DNA of 63,997 nucleotides, the filler included, from Circinaria calcarea (lineage: Eukaryota), in the NCBI GenBank assembly GCA_051942165.1. It is 3 parts of 3 records of this genome, joined end to end, with 100 filler letters (N's around TTAATTAATTAA, not from the genome) between each part and the next. Parts side by side here need not be neighbours in the genome. Positions count along the whole stretch, not along the records: positions 43,067 to 63,997 come from JAVECS010000156.1; 2 more parts are not named here. One strand, 5' to 3'. Shown here in pieces: positions 50,001 through 62,995 of this stretch (its first letter is position 1; every line of letters begins with the position of its first letter). The position numbers and the translations under genes were made by a program. Under the pieces are notes generated by a model. That model saw nothing but the letters and a program-made list of their open reading frames with translations, was not told where the DNA came from and did not search any database.

Positions 50001-51345
50001 CGAGATTCAAACTATCAGGAAAGATGGTCGTGAAACAACCGATGAACTTCGAGCCCAGATAACCGATTTGAAGGCCCAGGGGACCGAGTACGAGAGTGCC
50101 ATAGCTCAGTTGCAAAAAGACTTACATGCTGCGATCGAAGATGGACGTTCCAAGCATGCAGAGTATCAGGTTAAGGAAGAGGAGAATAGGAATCTCAGAC
50201 GGCGGCAGGAACAAGTGGAGCAAGATTTGAGCTCAAAAACCTTTGAGGTGCAGTCGTACAATGACAACCTTCTCGCAAGAATCAATACCATGTGTAAGGA
50301 TTATGATGCGCAATCAATCCCGCAAATGGAAGTCAATGGTGCATTAAGCGTTCTCTCCACATTCCTAATATCGGCCAAGGAGATCAGCCAAAGGCCCCTG
50401 GTAGAATCAATGTCTCTTGGGCAGGATGCTTTACAAGGTTCTTATGGGGATCATGATGACCTTTCTCTGGACGAAGTAGAATTAATAGACTCACAGGATC
50501 GAGAACCCCAGGTAAGTATTGGTACTCAGCAAAGGAGGAAGGCGAATAGGCACAACAGTATCAGAACCAATGCATCTTCAGAAATGCTCTTTCAAGATAT
50601 CCAAGTTGAAGAGGAAACAACCATTCATCGAAGTCTTAGAAAGACCACATCTAGCCATGGGCATGATACGGCTGGGTTTACCACCCCAAACAATCGAAGC
50701 CAACGACCCAACAGCCAGACTCCCCAGATCTCCAGATACCCTGATATTCACCACGATTCTCTGGATTCAGAGTCGCCTTTTGGTGATATATCTGGTTACT
50801 TTCCTCCAACACCTATCCCGAAGTCCAATTTAGATTCCAGTACGGGTCGTCGTCATGAGGCCGAAGGCTCCAGCCAAATGCAACCAAATGCTCTTTCTGG
50901 CATCCGCCAGTCCACCGCCCGCCCTACTACATATGGACGGACTCGTACTACCACCAGAACCCCAGCCAGTCAGCAAACTGGCACGAACAGTCCAGTTTCA
51001 CAGTCAACAGATCGGTTCGCGGCAACACCTAGAGTGAGGTCAGACCCTTTGCGTGCTCCCGGTCGATCTATTTTGAAGGAACCACAAAGCCTTAAACGTG
51101 ACTCATTAATGGCAGGCCTTGGTGCGCCCAAGGAGCCAGGCCGGAAGAGGGTGGTGTCCGGCTTGGGCCCTGTCATCCAAGACTCACAGCCTTCTAACCA
51201 AGATCCAAGTCTCCCGAAGGCAAAAGCACATGGCAGAAAGAGTCAGAAGAAACAAACCAAAGGTCAGTGAGAACAATACTATCGCAGCCTTCAACTGAAG
51301 TATTGGGCAGATAAATACGAGCTGCGTTTCCACAATGAAGATTAA
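47086..51345 (+). CDS. Large coiled-coil protein of unknown function (multi-exon, 5' start uncertain)
   Basis: Three long ORFs joined by GT-AG introns, plus a probable in-frame intron at 47489-47563. Extended heptad-rich centre, S/T/P- and basic-rich tail, last exon DKYELRFHNED*. Confidence 0.7.
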
Positions 51346-51964
51346 AATACTCATGGTACGTACTAAGGGAGGAATGGCATATCGTGCTGCGAATGTCATG
51401 ATAAATTTGAGTGGCTCTCTTGTTCCTGCTTGGCAAATCTAGCTGCATCTACCTGGACTTCCTTGTACAAAGCTCGAATGTTGCACGTAGACTTCTAGAG
51501 CTAAGGTCCACATGTTGCTGCAAGGTCCTTTAAATACGGCGTTGCGTTATTTGGCTGCATATACAGGCTCTTCAGCAGGTCTTGGTCAAAAAGCAATCCC
51601 TAATTTCCACCAGATACGGCTTTACGTTCGCTGAGCTAGAAATGCTTGTATTTGCCTTGGCTCTTAAGAAGAACTCTCACATGAACAATTGATTTCTCCT
51701 TCAATCCATGCAAGTGTAATCCCCAGTGCCCGTTGCCTCAGATGTAACCCTTTTTTCCGTAGTTGTACATCCTTTCCGCCTCCTCCTCCTTCCTCCTTCC
51801 TTGTCTCCCCCATCTCTGGACAAAAGACCATCCGGCCACCTGTACCCAATTCCCGCCCATCTCGCATCGTCCACCGAAACCACGGCCCGAACACGTCCTC
51901 CAAGGGACCCCCTTCCCCCCACAGTAATTATGACCGTCCACCATCTACCAAACCCCCCGCTCAA

Positions 51965-52338
51965 TTACCGCTGTCCCCCCCTCTTCTGCTCGAGAAAAAG
52001 GACCTTTTTCCGCACTAAAAGGTACACATGTGTCAGCCTCCCGCCACTCTAATCTTCCATCCCCATTCTCATCCTCATCTTCATCCCCATCCAATTCAAT
52101 CCAATCCCCCGGCGAGTTACTCCAAAAACATAACACCTACCAACAGGATCGTACTTGAGCATGCTCAGCGGCCGGTGCGTGCGCGGCCGCGTAAACGTCT
52201 TGTAGTAGCCCGTCATTGCCATGCTGAGGAGGCGGACGGCTATGGTTCGGGATTTGGCTGTGGGCGAAAGGAAGGGCGTTATAAACGGGGTGTGGGTAAG
52301 GGAGGGGAGGGGGTAGGGGACGTACCTTTTTTGGCCAT
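51965..52338 (-). CDS. MRPL39: Mitochondrial ribosomal protein bL33m (3 exons, absent from the ORF track)
   Basis: Spliced product [59 protein letters not shown], with the L33 KYDP...V.F.E motif. Confidence 0.92.
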
Positions 52339-52538
52339 TTTGTGAGGATTGGAGATGGAAGGGTGGGAGAGGAGAGGGCGAAGGGCGAAGGAGGGTAAAG
52401 GTGATTCGTGATGGTGATGGGATGAGGTACGGGTGGTGGCTTGAGAGTTACCCGGGAAAGGCGAATTTTGAGGAATGAGCTAAAGCTTGGAGATTATTCA
52501 GCTTAGAAATCAAAAATTACTCGAGCTTCGAAATCTTT

Positions 52539-52570
52539 GAGCCTCCGAGCCTCCGAGCCTCCGAGCCTCC
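52539..52570. repeat. (GAGCCTCC)4 tandem repeat
   Basis: Directly visible. Confidence 0.85.
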
Positions 52571-53216
52571 TAGCCCCCCGAGTCCCCGAAGCCCCCGAAT
52601 TTCCGAATACCCGAACCATGAAATTTCCGAATTCTTTTCACCCTCTTTTAATAATTTCAGTTGAATTACAAGGTAGACATCATGGAATATTGGGGCAGTG
52701 GAAAGACCTCTGGTTCGTTGTATTGCTATGGAGGTGTACTGTCAGACTGTATACAGCTGCCACTACGCTAGTCCCAATACGGCTCCGCCCCTGCGGGTTC
52801 TACCCCTATGACCTGGCCTCCTTTCAACTCTTTTTTTATACATATTTTGTATTTTACGCGTAACGAAGCTTATTAAAAACATGTGCAAAACGGCTCTTTT
52901 CCGTCCCATCTACCAATCTTTGGTGTGTCGGTGATAATTCCTCTGCAAGCACCCGAAAGCACCGCAACATGCATACTTCGGGTTCCGCAGCCTCTTCGTT
53001 GACGGAAGCCAGCGGCACTCCAAAACGCAGCAGCAATATCAATCTATTGCAAGTCAATGACATTCCAACACGGATGATATTTAAACCGTCGGTGTCAGCA
53101 ACTAGACGGCTAATTTTATCACCTCCGATCCGTGAATCCTTCGCAAGTATTTATATATAAGCACTGGATGTATCCCAAACTCCAAGATTGAAAGGAACAA
53201 CCCATCACAGCGCAGC

Positions 53217-55294
53217 ATGTCGGTCTTCGCAGAGCAATCCACTTCGCTGCGAAACAGAAGAGTTCATCCGACACTGGCGCAACCACTCCCAAGACTCACG
53301 GACCTTCCACACCATGACGGATTGCACGAGAAGTATGAAGTGGTGATATGCGGTGTACGGCACAGCCTGCTTGCCTTTTCTTTGACCTGCTGCTGATCTC
53401 AGTCACCATCTATAGGCAGGACCGGCAGGATCTTTTCTAAACCTACTACTCGCAAGGTATGGCCTTGGCGATGTGTCCTTACTCTGCATCGATGCAAAGC
53501 CAGCGAGCGTCAAAACAGGCCAGGCAGATGGTTTAGCGGCCCGAACCCTAGAGGTTCTGAAAACCCTAGATCTCGTGGATGAAATCCAAAACCATGGCTT
53601 TCATGTATCCGAAAGCGGGACCTGGAACTCCCAAACGTCTGATGCTGCCGACGGTCCATCCCCGGGCATTAAGCGTACAGAAGTGCGGCCAGTGCAGTTC
53701 TCCCCGGCAAGACTGGCACAGGCAATCACCATCCACCAGGGTCGTATAGAGCGCATCTTCGAGGAAGATCTCCTGAAATACTCGAAACGAGGCGTTGAAC
53801 GCTCAAGTCGTCTAGTCAGCGTTCACATCGACGAAGATGGCGATGCTGAGTTTCCGGTCGTTGCCGACATAGAGCATGAAGGCATCCAACGTACAGTCCG
53901 GACAAAGTACCTGGTCGGAGCAGATGGCGCACACTCCGTCGTGCGGCAATCGATGGGTTCCCAGATGGAAGGTGATACGATGGATGACATTTGGGGCGTG
54001 GTAGACTTTGTTGCGGATACGGACTTCCCAGATATTAGGCGACATTGTGAAATCCATTCTGATGCGGGTAACATCATGGTGATTCCACGGGAGCAGTTAC
54101 CTACTGGGGATTATCTGAGCCGCTTGTATGTTCAGACCAAAGAAGATGTACCTACAGACGCAGATAAGGCAATCGTTTCAGATGGCTCAGCGGACAAGCT
54201 GAGAAAATACGATTACAAACTGAAGGAACGAAGGTCGAGGGTATCACCAGAAACCATCTTCCGACAAGCAGATAAAATTTTCCGGCCTTATCGGATCTGC
54301 CCAAAGAAGGGAACAGAGATTGATTGGTGGGCGGCCTATCAAATCGGTCAAAGAGTAGCAAAGGAGTTTCTCCAGAAGGACTTAAAAGGAGTCCCAAGGG
54401 TGTTCATAGTAGGAGACGGTATGACCCCCTTAACTTACCGAGACCGACTTTGCTGAGTCTTTTCTAGCATGCCACACACATAGTCCGAAGATGGGTCAAG
54501 GAATGAATGTAGGAATTATGGATTCGTACAATGTTGCTTGGAAACTTATGTATTCCATCAACGGACTTGTCGAAGATGCACCCAAACTCCTCGATACGTA
54601 TCATACTGAGCGACACGAGATTGCCGACAAACTTATCGAACTTGACCAGAAAGTGTATGCTAGTCGGTGGGCTGATGCTACTGGTAAGGAGCGGCCACAC
54701 CTTCAGACAATGATAGAAGTGGTCAGCTTCGCCAGCGGATGCGGTATTGAGTATAACAAAGGTCTCCTGACCAATCGAGAGAAGGAAATTACTCACGGAG
54801 TACTAACAAGTACGGACTATGCGGCTGGAGTATTAAGGGAAGGACGTCGAATTCTAGACGTTCAGACAATCCGTTTTGCGGACGGTACTCCACGTCACCT
54901 CCACGATGATCTTCTTTCCAATGGTCGTCTCCGGGTTATTGTTCTCGCATCAAATGATCTCCTGGACGCAGCGGGAGTCTCCGCAAGCACGCTTATCAAT
55001 CTCTGTGGCAGTGTGCTACCTCAGTATCCGCCCAAGGTCATAGAGCTTATCATTCTCCAGCCATTGGGCTTGCACTCCTTCGAATGGGTGGATATACCCG
55101 CGTGCGTCAAGAAAGAGGCTGAAATGCGTTTCCACGTTGCTGACGCTGCTGTTTACGCAACATACGGGGTCGATCCTGCCATCGGAGCCCTAGTTGTGGT
55201 CCGGCCCGACGGCTATATTGGGACTATCGCGCATCTAGGAGATGTTGAGAGAGTAAACAGCTACCTACAAAGATGGGTGAAAGTTATCAAGTAG
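53217..55294 (+). CDS. FAD-dependent phenol 2-monooxygenase family protein (3 exons)
   Basis: VVICG|AGPAG, GQADGLAART, IHQGRIE, VGADGAHSVVR, DFPDIR, YQIGQRVA, GD|ACHTHSPKMGQGMN, C-terminal VVRPDGYIG thioredoxin-like domain. Confidence 0.92.
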
Positions 55295-55466
55295 TTGAAC
55301 GCAGATATTGTGGTGGATAGAGAAGCAGCTAGTTTGGAAGGCATGGGTTTTGGCGCAAACATAGAATGGCTCGGGGATTTTGCGACACACTTCATGAAAT
55401 ACACACATACACAGAGAATAGCAATTGAGCAGTACAGCAGCAGTATTGAGCTCGGCAGTGACGTGA

Positions 55467-55609
55467 CCTTTATATGCGCATTATACTGTAGCAGTCAGTT
55501 CGTGTCATACACCCTCTAATTCTCCTATATTCAGGACCTCGAAACCCGTTCTCGACAGCGTCTTTGCCCATACCATAGGAGCATAACGGAGCACCCTATT
55601 TCCTTCACA
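55467..55609 (+). repeat. Dispersed repeat, copy A (probable TE relic)
   Basis: CCTTTATATGCGCATTATACTGTAGCAGTCAGTTCGTGTCATACACCC...TTCAGG...CGACAGCGTCTTTGCCCATACCATAGGAG aligns by eye with 62857-62995. Confidence 0.75.
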
Positions 55610-56784
55610 GCGTGACACTGAGAAGTGGTACAGACAGGTAATTGAGCGCTGACCCTTTGAGTTGTTAGTTTGCAGGAATTGGCAAGTAAATCATACGGCG
55701 CTGTGATTTGGCGCTGAAAAGAGGAGATCCCGTGAGACATCTTGGCTTGCCTTATTCCTGGCGTGGAGAAAGCCGGAATAGCTGGGCCACTTATGGCGGA
55801 CCTCAAGAACACTTGAAAGATCTGGAAAAGACGTTGCTTCGGCCATGTGGTCACAGATTATTAACTGGTGCTCGGAAGCACAAATTCCAGTGCGAGAATT
55901 GTCGTAGATGAGCTTCGCCGCGAGAGCTAACCCATGCCTGACTGTGCTTGGGAGCTGAAGGGATACAAGCAGACACGATACAATTGGGGAGTTTAGTTTT
56001 TTTTTGCTAGAAATTTGTTATGCTCGGGAGCACGGCACCGATGGGCTAAGCCCGATGCTGTAAAGCACGAGGGGCAAGCTGGCAGAAACTGTGCATTCGT
56101 ATTGGCTACACTAGGTCCACTAGCATAATATAACTCCGTTGTGGATATATAATAGAGTTATATAAGGCCAGACAGGGGCGGCCTTACAGACGAGATATCG
56201 ATTAGCTGAGAGAACTGTTATTTCGGGCCTACCTAACATCCTCCGAGCATAACAAAGAAAGACTAAATCCCCCAAAAGAAAACTAAAACCCCCCAAGTGT
56301 CACCCGTCATGCTGTTGGCTGTTCGTGAACTTAAGTAGGAATGTGGAATATCGGAAGATTGAAGGTCCGTTAGCGGAACGAGTCCGAAATAAGGCTGAGG
56401 AATTTGGTTGCTTCAAAATGTCCAGCGGAAACCCATTCAATAGATTGCAACTGGTTGTAGGACTATCTTTCAAAGCAGAGAACCCGTGTTATCCGGTAGC
56501 TCTCTTACAAGTAATTGCCCTGCTCCATTTTGTCTGCCATTCTTATCTTGATGACCTGATAATGTGTATCCTACCCCTCCTGTTCTGACAGACCCGGTAG
56601 TGCGCAATATCTGATGACAAATGCAATCACCCACTGTGGTATCCAAGACTAGTACATAAAAGTCACCCTTCCCACATTCAAACCCACAATCATTTCCTTA
56701 TCGTTGTCTTCTTTTTGAGGGAGTACTGTCCAGGAAAGAGGAAATTTGGTTGATCCATCTGATCCATTCTCCACCGCTTTCATC

Positions 56785-58081
56785 ATGTCTGCCCCCGAAG
56801 CCATTAAAGAGGCTCAAAGATCGGAAGCAGAGACCGACAGAAAGTCGGAGGAGGCTGCAGCCGCCAATTCAGTCCCCAAGGAAACATATATAGCTTCCTG
56901 CCACTGCAACGCCAATGCGTACACCATCTCCATGCCGAAAGTCTCCGAGGTCGCGGAATGCAATTGCAGTGCGTGTCGGAAGGAGGGAGCTCTGTGGGCT
57001 CCGGCCGAGGGGACTGTTACGACACCGAGGAGTTGGATTCGAGGCGGTGAGGACCATCTCACCGAGTATGAGTGCTTCAAAAAGGAGGATGGTAGTGCGA
57101 AATTCATGGTGAGCTTCAATCTCATCTTTAGACCGTCGGGCCTGATTGGATCGAGATGCCGCGTTAGGACTAAGTAGATGAATCCCTTGAGTGTTGATGG
57201 AGATATAGAAACAGCTGAGTCAAGATTGGAGGAACAGCCTTGTGCTAATCCGAAGGAAATACAGTTTTGTCCCACATGTGGAACGTTAATGTTTGCTAAA
57301 TTTGAGAAGAAACGGAAGCCGGAGGGGGCGTGGTTGAATGTAAGGTCAACCGAGGCGTCTTGCTATAAGATATGGGTCGAGGAAGAGTGTGGATGGCTGA
57401 GCTGAAGCTATACAGGCCCGTGCTTTCAGAGACGTCGGTGTCTACGCTTTAGAAATCAAGAGGTACGCAAATTTCATTCCTGCACACAGGAAAAGCTGGG
57501 AGTTTATCATTAACAGTGATTACGCTTGCAGGAATGATGATATCAATACCCCTCCGGCTTATATACAGAAGAAGGCTGAAGGGGTGGAGTTTGACAGTGT
57601 GGACGAGGGAATGAAAGTATATGATGGAAGTTGCCACTGCGGGGCTGTGACATGGAAGCTGAAAAGTAAGCCGCTGGAAGACTTGGTAGTAGTGGAGTGC
57701 AATTGCAGTTTTTGCAAGAGAGTAAGTTCATTTCCTCTGTCCCACGTTTCAGTAGAATCAATCTTCTCGATTCTTTTGGGATTTCCCGACTAACGCACCC
57801 ATCCCAAGAACGGCGATCTCTACGTCTACCCCTCCGCTGGCTTTGTTCTTGTCTCCCCCGAGTCAGCACAACACATTACACAATACCAGTTTGGTAAGAA
57901 AAGGCTTTTGCATGATTTCTGTAAGCTGTGCGGGGTCAGTACCATGGAAAGAATGACCAAAGAGCCCGGGGAAGCCCACGGTGTGAATGTGCGGTGTCTG
58001 GACGGGGTAGATATCTGGCAGCTGAAGAAGAAAGCGCTAGATGGATTTGCTAAATATGAACCACAGTACAAGGTTGAATAG
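56785..58081 (+). CDS. Tandem GFA (glutathione-dependent formaldehyde-activating)/Mss4-like domain protein (5 exons)
   Basis: Two sets of CHC...CNCS.C...FC..CG motifs: SCHCNA/CNCSAC/FCPTCG/NARAF and GSCHCGAV/CNCSFC/FCKLCG/VNVRCL. Confidence 0.88.
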
Positions 58082-58453
58082 CTGTCAGCCAGAGGCAGGA
58101 AGGGTTTGTATGGAAATGGGAAACCGAGCAAAGGGGATGCCGGACATGGAAATGGGTATCTTTACCGCATTGGCAGATAGATGAATCGGGCCAGTTTATG
58201 CAAAACCTCTAGATTCGAGAAATTTGTCCTTATGTAACAAAGACTCTCTGTGATGAATAGGTCCAACTTTGAGTATTGAACTTACTTCTCATCCACGACG
58301 GCTGAGTCAACAAAGCACGTGCCAATCGACGCGACTACCATACCATACCGAGGCTAAACCAGCGTCATCTGTCAAAACCTACAAAGTAGGACAGGGCAAC
58401 ACATCCATGGTCCATCTTCAATTGTCTTTTCGTCCACCTTCAAGTACTTAACC

Positions 58454-59354
58454 ATGGTCGCCGACGCTCTGGTATATCACCCAACGGTCGCTCACTATCT
58501 ACGCTTTGTTGCTACAACCGGTCCGTAAAAGCCTTAAGCAACCCCCCCCCTTCATTCCCGACTTTATTCGAACTCACTTTTGCTAACTCATCGTGCCTGA
58601 TAGTTGGTCGCGATAAGCTTCTCCGCACTCTTCAATACTTCTCACGCTTCTATGCCTGGTACCTCTTGCGCACAAACAGCCCGGTCCGGTCCATCGCGCC
58701 ATGGGAGGCTATTAAGAAGCAGTTTGGTCTGAGCCGAAAGCTACTACGGGTGGGCAAGAATGTGGAACATTTCAAAGCAGCGGCCGTGGCGGCGGATAGC
58801 AAGAACATGGATCCAGTCTTGAAGTACTGCGCCGTGGGCAGGCAGCTGGGATATGCGATGTATCTGAGCTTCGACATGATCACATACGTAAAGGGGCCTT
58901 CAAATCCATTCCGAGCATGCACGCTACTGACGTTATATCTTGATAGCTGGACGCAGCCGGTATCCGACCCTCGAGTGGTGCAAAACGAATGCAAAGAGAA
59001 GCCTACAAAGCATGGTTTACAGGCCTGATGTTCAACACCATTGCGGGCGTCTACACGTTGTGGCAGTTGGGGCAGAGGGAACAGAAAATAGATAAGAAGG
59101 ACGGGGAAGGCGTTGTCGAGAGTAAGAAAATACAAAGGTATGTCCCCGAAGGCTCAGGATACTGGAAGTTGGTGCTGACTGCGGCTTTTAGAGAGCGGAC
59201 CTCTACGAATCTACAACTGATTTCTGATCTCTGTGATTTGACTGTCCCGGGCTCCGCACTGGGATATGTCAACCTAGATGACGGTATAGTAGGATTAGCT
59301 GGTACTGTCAGCAGTTTGATTGCCGTATGGGGTACCTGGAAGAAGACGGCATAA
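58454..59354 (+). CDS. PEX11: Peroxisomal proliferation protein Pex11 (4 exons)
   Basis: MVADALVYHPTVAHYLRFVATT|VGRDKLLRTLQYFSRF, RKLLRVGKNVEH, LDDGIVGLAGTVSSLI...WKKTA*. Confidence 0.95.
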
Positions 59355-59700
59355 TCGCCACCACCTATTCAAGTCATTTGGAGCCTACCCAACTATGCTA
59401 GGTTCGTTGTCAAAATATACTCCGGAGCTTTGATCGAATTCCCATCAATACCGAACTATCTACTCGCGCACGATGCCGAGAAGATTTTTCACCCTCACGC
59501 TCCTGGGACTGTTATTACGCTCGGGCTTCATTTACCGCTTCTCTGTGCTACCTAACTTGATTAGTTGGGTTCGGTGAGGGCGGCGAATTGTTGCCTCAGT
59601 GCCACCTCCGTAAACTCCGGAGGCCTCAGACTTCTTTCGTACTAGCTCCGCGTAAAAAAGGTTATTCCGATCCGATATTACATAACCCTTTTTTGAAAGA

Positions 59701-60199
59701 AGTCTGAGAGTTTCATCCACGGATTGTATGGGACCTCGCGACATTTTAGTACGAGAAAATTCATGTTTTATACGCTGATTTCTATAAGAAACCCCCCACT
59801 CATTAATAAAGAAATTCGCTCTTATAGATTTTAGTATAGTATTCGCTCTAGAAAATGGCTTCTTTATATTTTTTATTAATGGCGTTAAACGTGAGCAGTA
59901 GGCTGTTTAAAAAGGTGAGTTTTTCATGGGTTAGTCGTGTGTAACGCGATATGAAATGGGACTTCGTCGTTTTTTCGTTAATTTCGTAGCTATTTCAATG
60001 TGCTTAATCTATACTATAAAATCAACGAAATGTCTTAAAAATAATTCGCTCTGATAAGTTCTAGCTTTTATTAAGCTGCTTAATATGCACTTTTCAGAAT
60101 TCTAATACGCCGTGTTATCGTTGATTAATTCGAAAAAATCACCTCACACACAAAAATGTTGTTCCCCTCACCAAAAATGCTGGATGAAACCCTCAGACT
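59701..60199. mobile_element. Degenerate TIR-bounded element (MITE-like relic)
   Basis: AGTCTGAGAGTTTCATCCA (59701-59719) and TGGATGAAACCCTCAGACT (60181-60199) form an 18/19 inverted match around an AT-rich, TpA-rich interior. Confidence 0.55.
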
Positions 60200-60978
60200 G
60201 CGCTTCGCGCGCACGCTATTTTTAGCATCTACTAACTATATACAGCCATTCCGAAAAATACACGACAGCGAAGCAAAAGCAGTCTAAGTTTCTAAAACAA
60301 GCGAATTAACGAGTTTTGAGCCTTTGAAAAATTACCTTGCTGTTGACTCATTTCCATGATTCTTATATACCATTGAGCATATCCCATTAGTAGAATTAGC
60401 CAATAAAGTAGTTTGGTCTCTCAAACGTCCGGGTGAGGCTTTTTTCTGGTAACAGTTCCATTGATAGGACGAGAGCGTTTTCGGTTCTCGAAATCCTTCC
60501 AGATCCGCATCTGCAATCCGCCATTGAGTAGTACATCTGTTTCTCCAGAAATGTGGAAGAGATAGCCAGCCAAGACCGAATGCTGTATGTATTTGGTCAT
60601 ATTTGTGCCTAAACGCACGTCTATCATGGAACATCTCCGCCGGGGTAAGCAAACCGTGGGGGTACGAGTCAGTGATATACTTTCGTGGTGGACCCTTGAT
60701 CTCCATCTTCGGCATTTCTGTTTTCTCGCTTTTGTTGATCAATGCTCACACCCTTACAGGGCACCGAAGAGCTCGCAAATATGGGAAAATCATCTGGCTA
60801 GAGGCAGAGTAGTCCCTTGATGCGAGAAGAGTGTCGGGCATTGCGTCATGAGGGGTGTAAAGTCGATGTTACGGCGCAAATGTTGCTAGGAGTTAGCCCT
60901 TCAGCGCTGGAAGTTGCTGCTAGTGTTTGACACTCATCCATGAGTTGCATCTAAGTCGCAACCCTCCGGTCGCAAAGT

Positions 60979-62121
60979 ATGACGGAGTCAATAGAATGCC
61001 CCCTCTCTGGATTGTGGAAGCCCACTCACCTCCAGCGCCTCTACTATGGACCTTCGTCGGTGCAGCAGCATCTCAAATCGTGCTTACCGTCGTCCAATTC
61101 GAAAGCCTTCATCATCACCGGGTCGTCTCTTGCCACCAAGACGCCTTTCATCAAACAAATCGAGGAACTTCTGACTGAGGAACATTGTGCTGGAACATTC
61201 TCTGATATCAAGCAGCATGCCCCCGTTGCCCAGCTTGATCAGGCAACAGATGCTGTGGGAAAGGACTCGAGCATCGATACGATCATTAGTGTTGGAGGCG
61301 GCAGCCCAATCGATTCCGCAAAGGCCATTTCTTACTGACTTCGTGAGAAGACGGGCAAGTTTCTTTATCACATTGCCATTCCTACAACGCTAGGTGCTGC
61401 CGAGTGCACCTTCATTGCCGGATACACAAGAGGTGATGGTGTCAAGGTTGGTGTTGCTGATCCGGAATTGGCACCTCATGTTATCATATATGATTCCAAA
61501 TTCGCCGTGGAAACACCGCGGAGACTGTGGCTGTCTACCGGGATAAGATCACTTGACCATGCGATAGAATTACTATACCATCCTACAGCGACGGAGGTAC
61601 CGGCCAAGCAACTGGTACTTACCGCCATCGGAGGTCTATTCAAGTATCTCCCCAAGTCCAAGGCGGAACCCAACAACGAGGAATACATCACCAGGCTCCA
61701 GCTTGCATCATTCAGCTCGCTGTTTCCACTGGGCACAAACGTCAAAGGTGGACTCGGTCTTAGCCATACGCTGGGCTATGCCCTCGGCTCCCCGTACTCG
61801 ATTCCCCACGGCATAACGTCTTGCCTAACCTTGGGCAAGGTAGTGAAACTGAAGGCAGAGAAGCCGGAGGAGGCGGAGCAGATCGCACGGGCTTTACCAT
61901 TCATTGGGCAAGCTAGTAGTGGCGATACCAAACAAGACGCGATAAAGGTCGGCGATGCCATTGAGGAACTTGTGCGAAGTCTTGGGTTAGAAAGCAGTCT
62001 GAAGCAGTATGGTGTCGGAAAAGACCAGGCTCCGAACATCACGAAAATGGCGGCGGGGGGCCAGGAAGAAGGACCGATGTATGATCAAGTATTGGCCATT
62101 GTCAACAACCTAGGGTTCTAA
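60979..62121 (+). pseudogene. Iron-containing alcohol dehydrogenase/maleylacetate reductase family gene with a single in-frame TGA (61336-61338): nonsense allele, read-through gene or sequence error
   Basis: VGGGSPIDSAKAISY*LREKTGKFLYHIAIPTTLGAAE, RSLDHAIE, GLSHTLGY...PHG metal ligands. Both ORFs lie in one frame and no intron spans the stop. Confidence 0.8.
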
Positions 62122-62856
62122 ATCTCACTATAGAGTTAATAATGACTCTAAGCTTGTACAGAGTACTGTAGTATGCTCGCGTTTATAATATACTATTCCA
62201 AATCGACGATCCGCTGCATGAGGTAATTTTACTCCATAATATACTATTTATAATACACTATATTAATCCAGGGCGACGCTGAAAGATATGAGTAAAACGA
62301 GATTATTTGAGGCGACCGAGTATGTGAAGATGCTATTGTGGAAATAATAAAAACAGAATCATGGAGAAATGTTATCTTCCCTTGAGAAATTCCTTCGGGG
62401 AATGGACGGCACGCGCTTAACAAAAAAGTGGCGGCCCTGAATTACCCTCAACCGTAGTTACTAACCCTTCCAGCCTAGGATTCGGGTATAGGACAGCACC
62501 AACGTTGGAGGAGTCTCACAAATCTAGAGGTGACTTTTTAACGAGTAATTACGGTCTGAGTTACTATTTTTTTTTATCAAGCGTGTGGACAGAGGGTCCC
62601 AAATACAAGATATTTAAATCCTTAAAAAAACTTACATCTGTATAGTTTTAATATACAGAGTATTACCACGCTATAGTACTCGGGCTTATAATATATTATT
62701 CCAAACCAACCAAAGTCTGCACACCCGGCTACAATATAGGTATATAATGTGCTAGATAATACCGTACGCGGTTAAAACACATATACACATTTTTTTTTCA
62801 TTAAGCAGAGCAGTATTGCAGTTAGAAATACGATTTTGAGACCTGTACCGATCCCC

Positions 62857-62995
62857 CCCTATATGTGCACTATACTATAGCAGTCAGTTCATGCCATATA
62901 CCCACCGATTTCACTATTCAGGCCCCCGTTACCCTTCTTCGACAGCGTCTTTGCCTATACCTTAGGAGTTTAGCGGACACTCTATATTCTTCACA
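62857..62995 (+). repeat. Dispersed repeat, copy B, within an AT-rich relic region (62150-63000)
   Basis: CCCCTATATGTGCACTATACTATAGCAGTCAGTTCATGCCATATACCC...TTCAGG...CGACAGCGTCTTTGCCTATACCTTAGGAG. Confidence 0.75.

Noticed and set aside
60332..60742. 136-aa minus-strand ORF
   Set aside because: Non-ATG start, no recognisable domain, and adjacent to a repeat relic. Cannot support it as a gene.
61336..61338. Selenocysteine codon in the Fe-ADH gene
   Set aside because: Dikarya are not known to have Sec machinery, the position is not a catalytic Cys site, and no SECIS-like element is evident.
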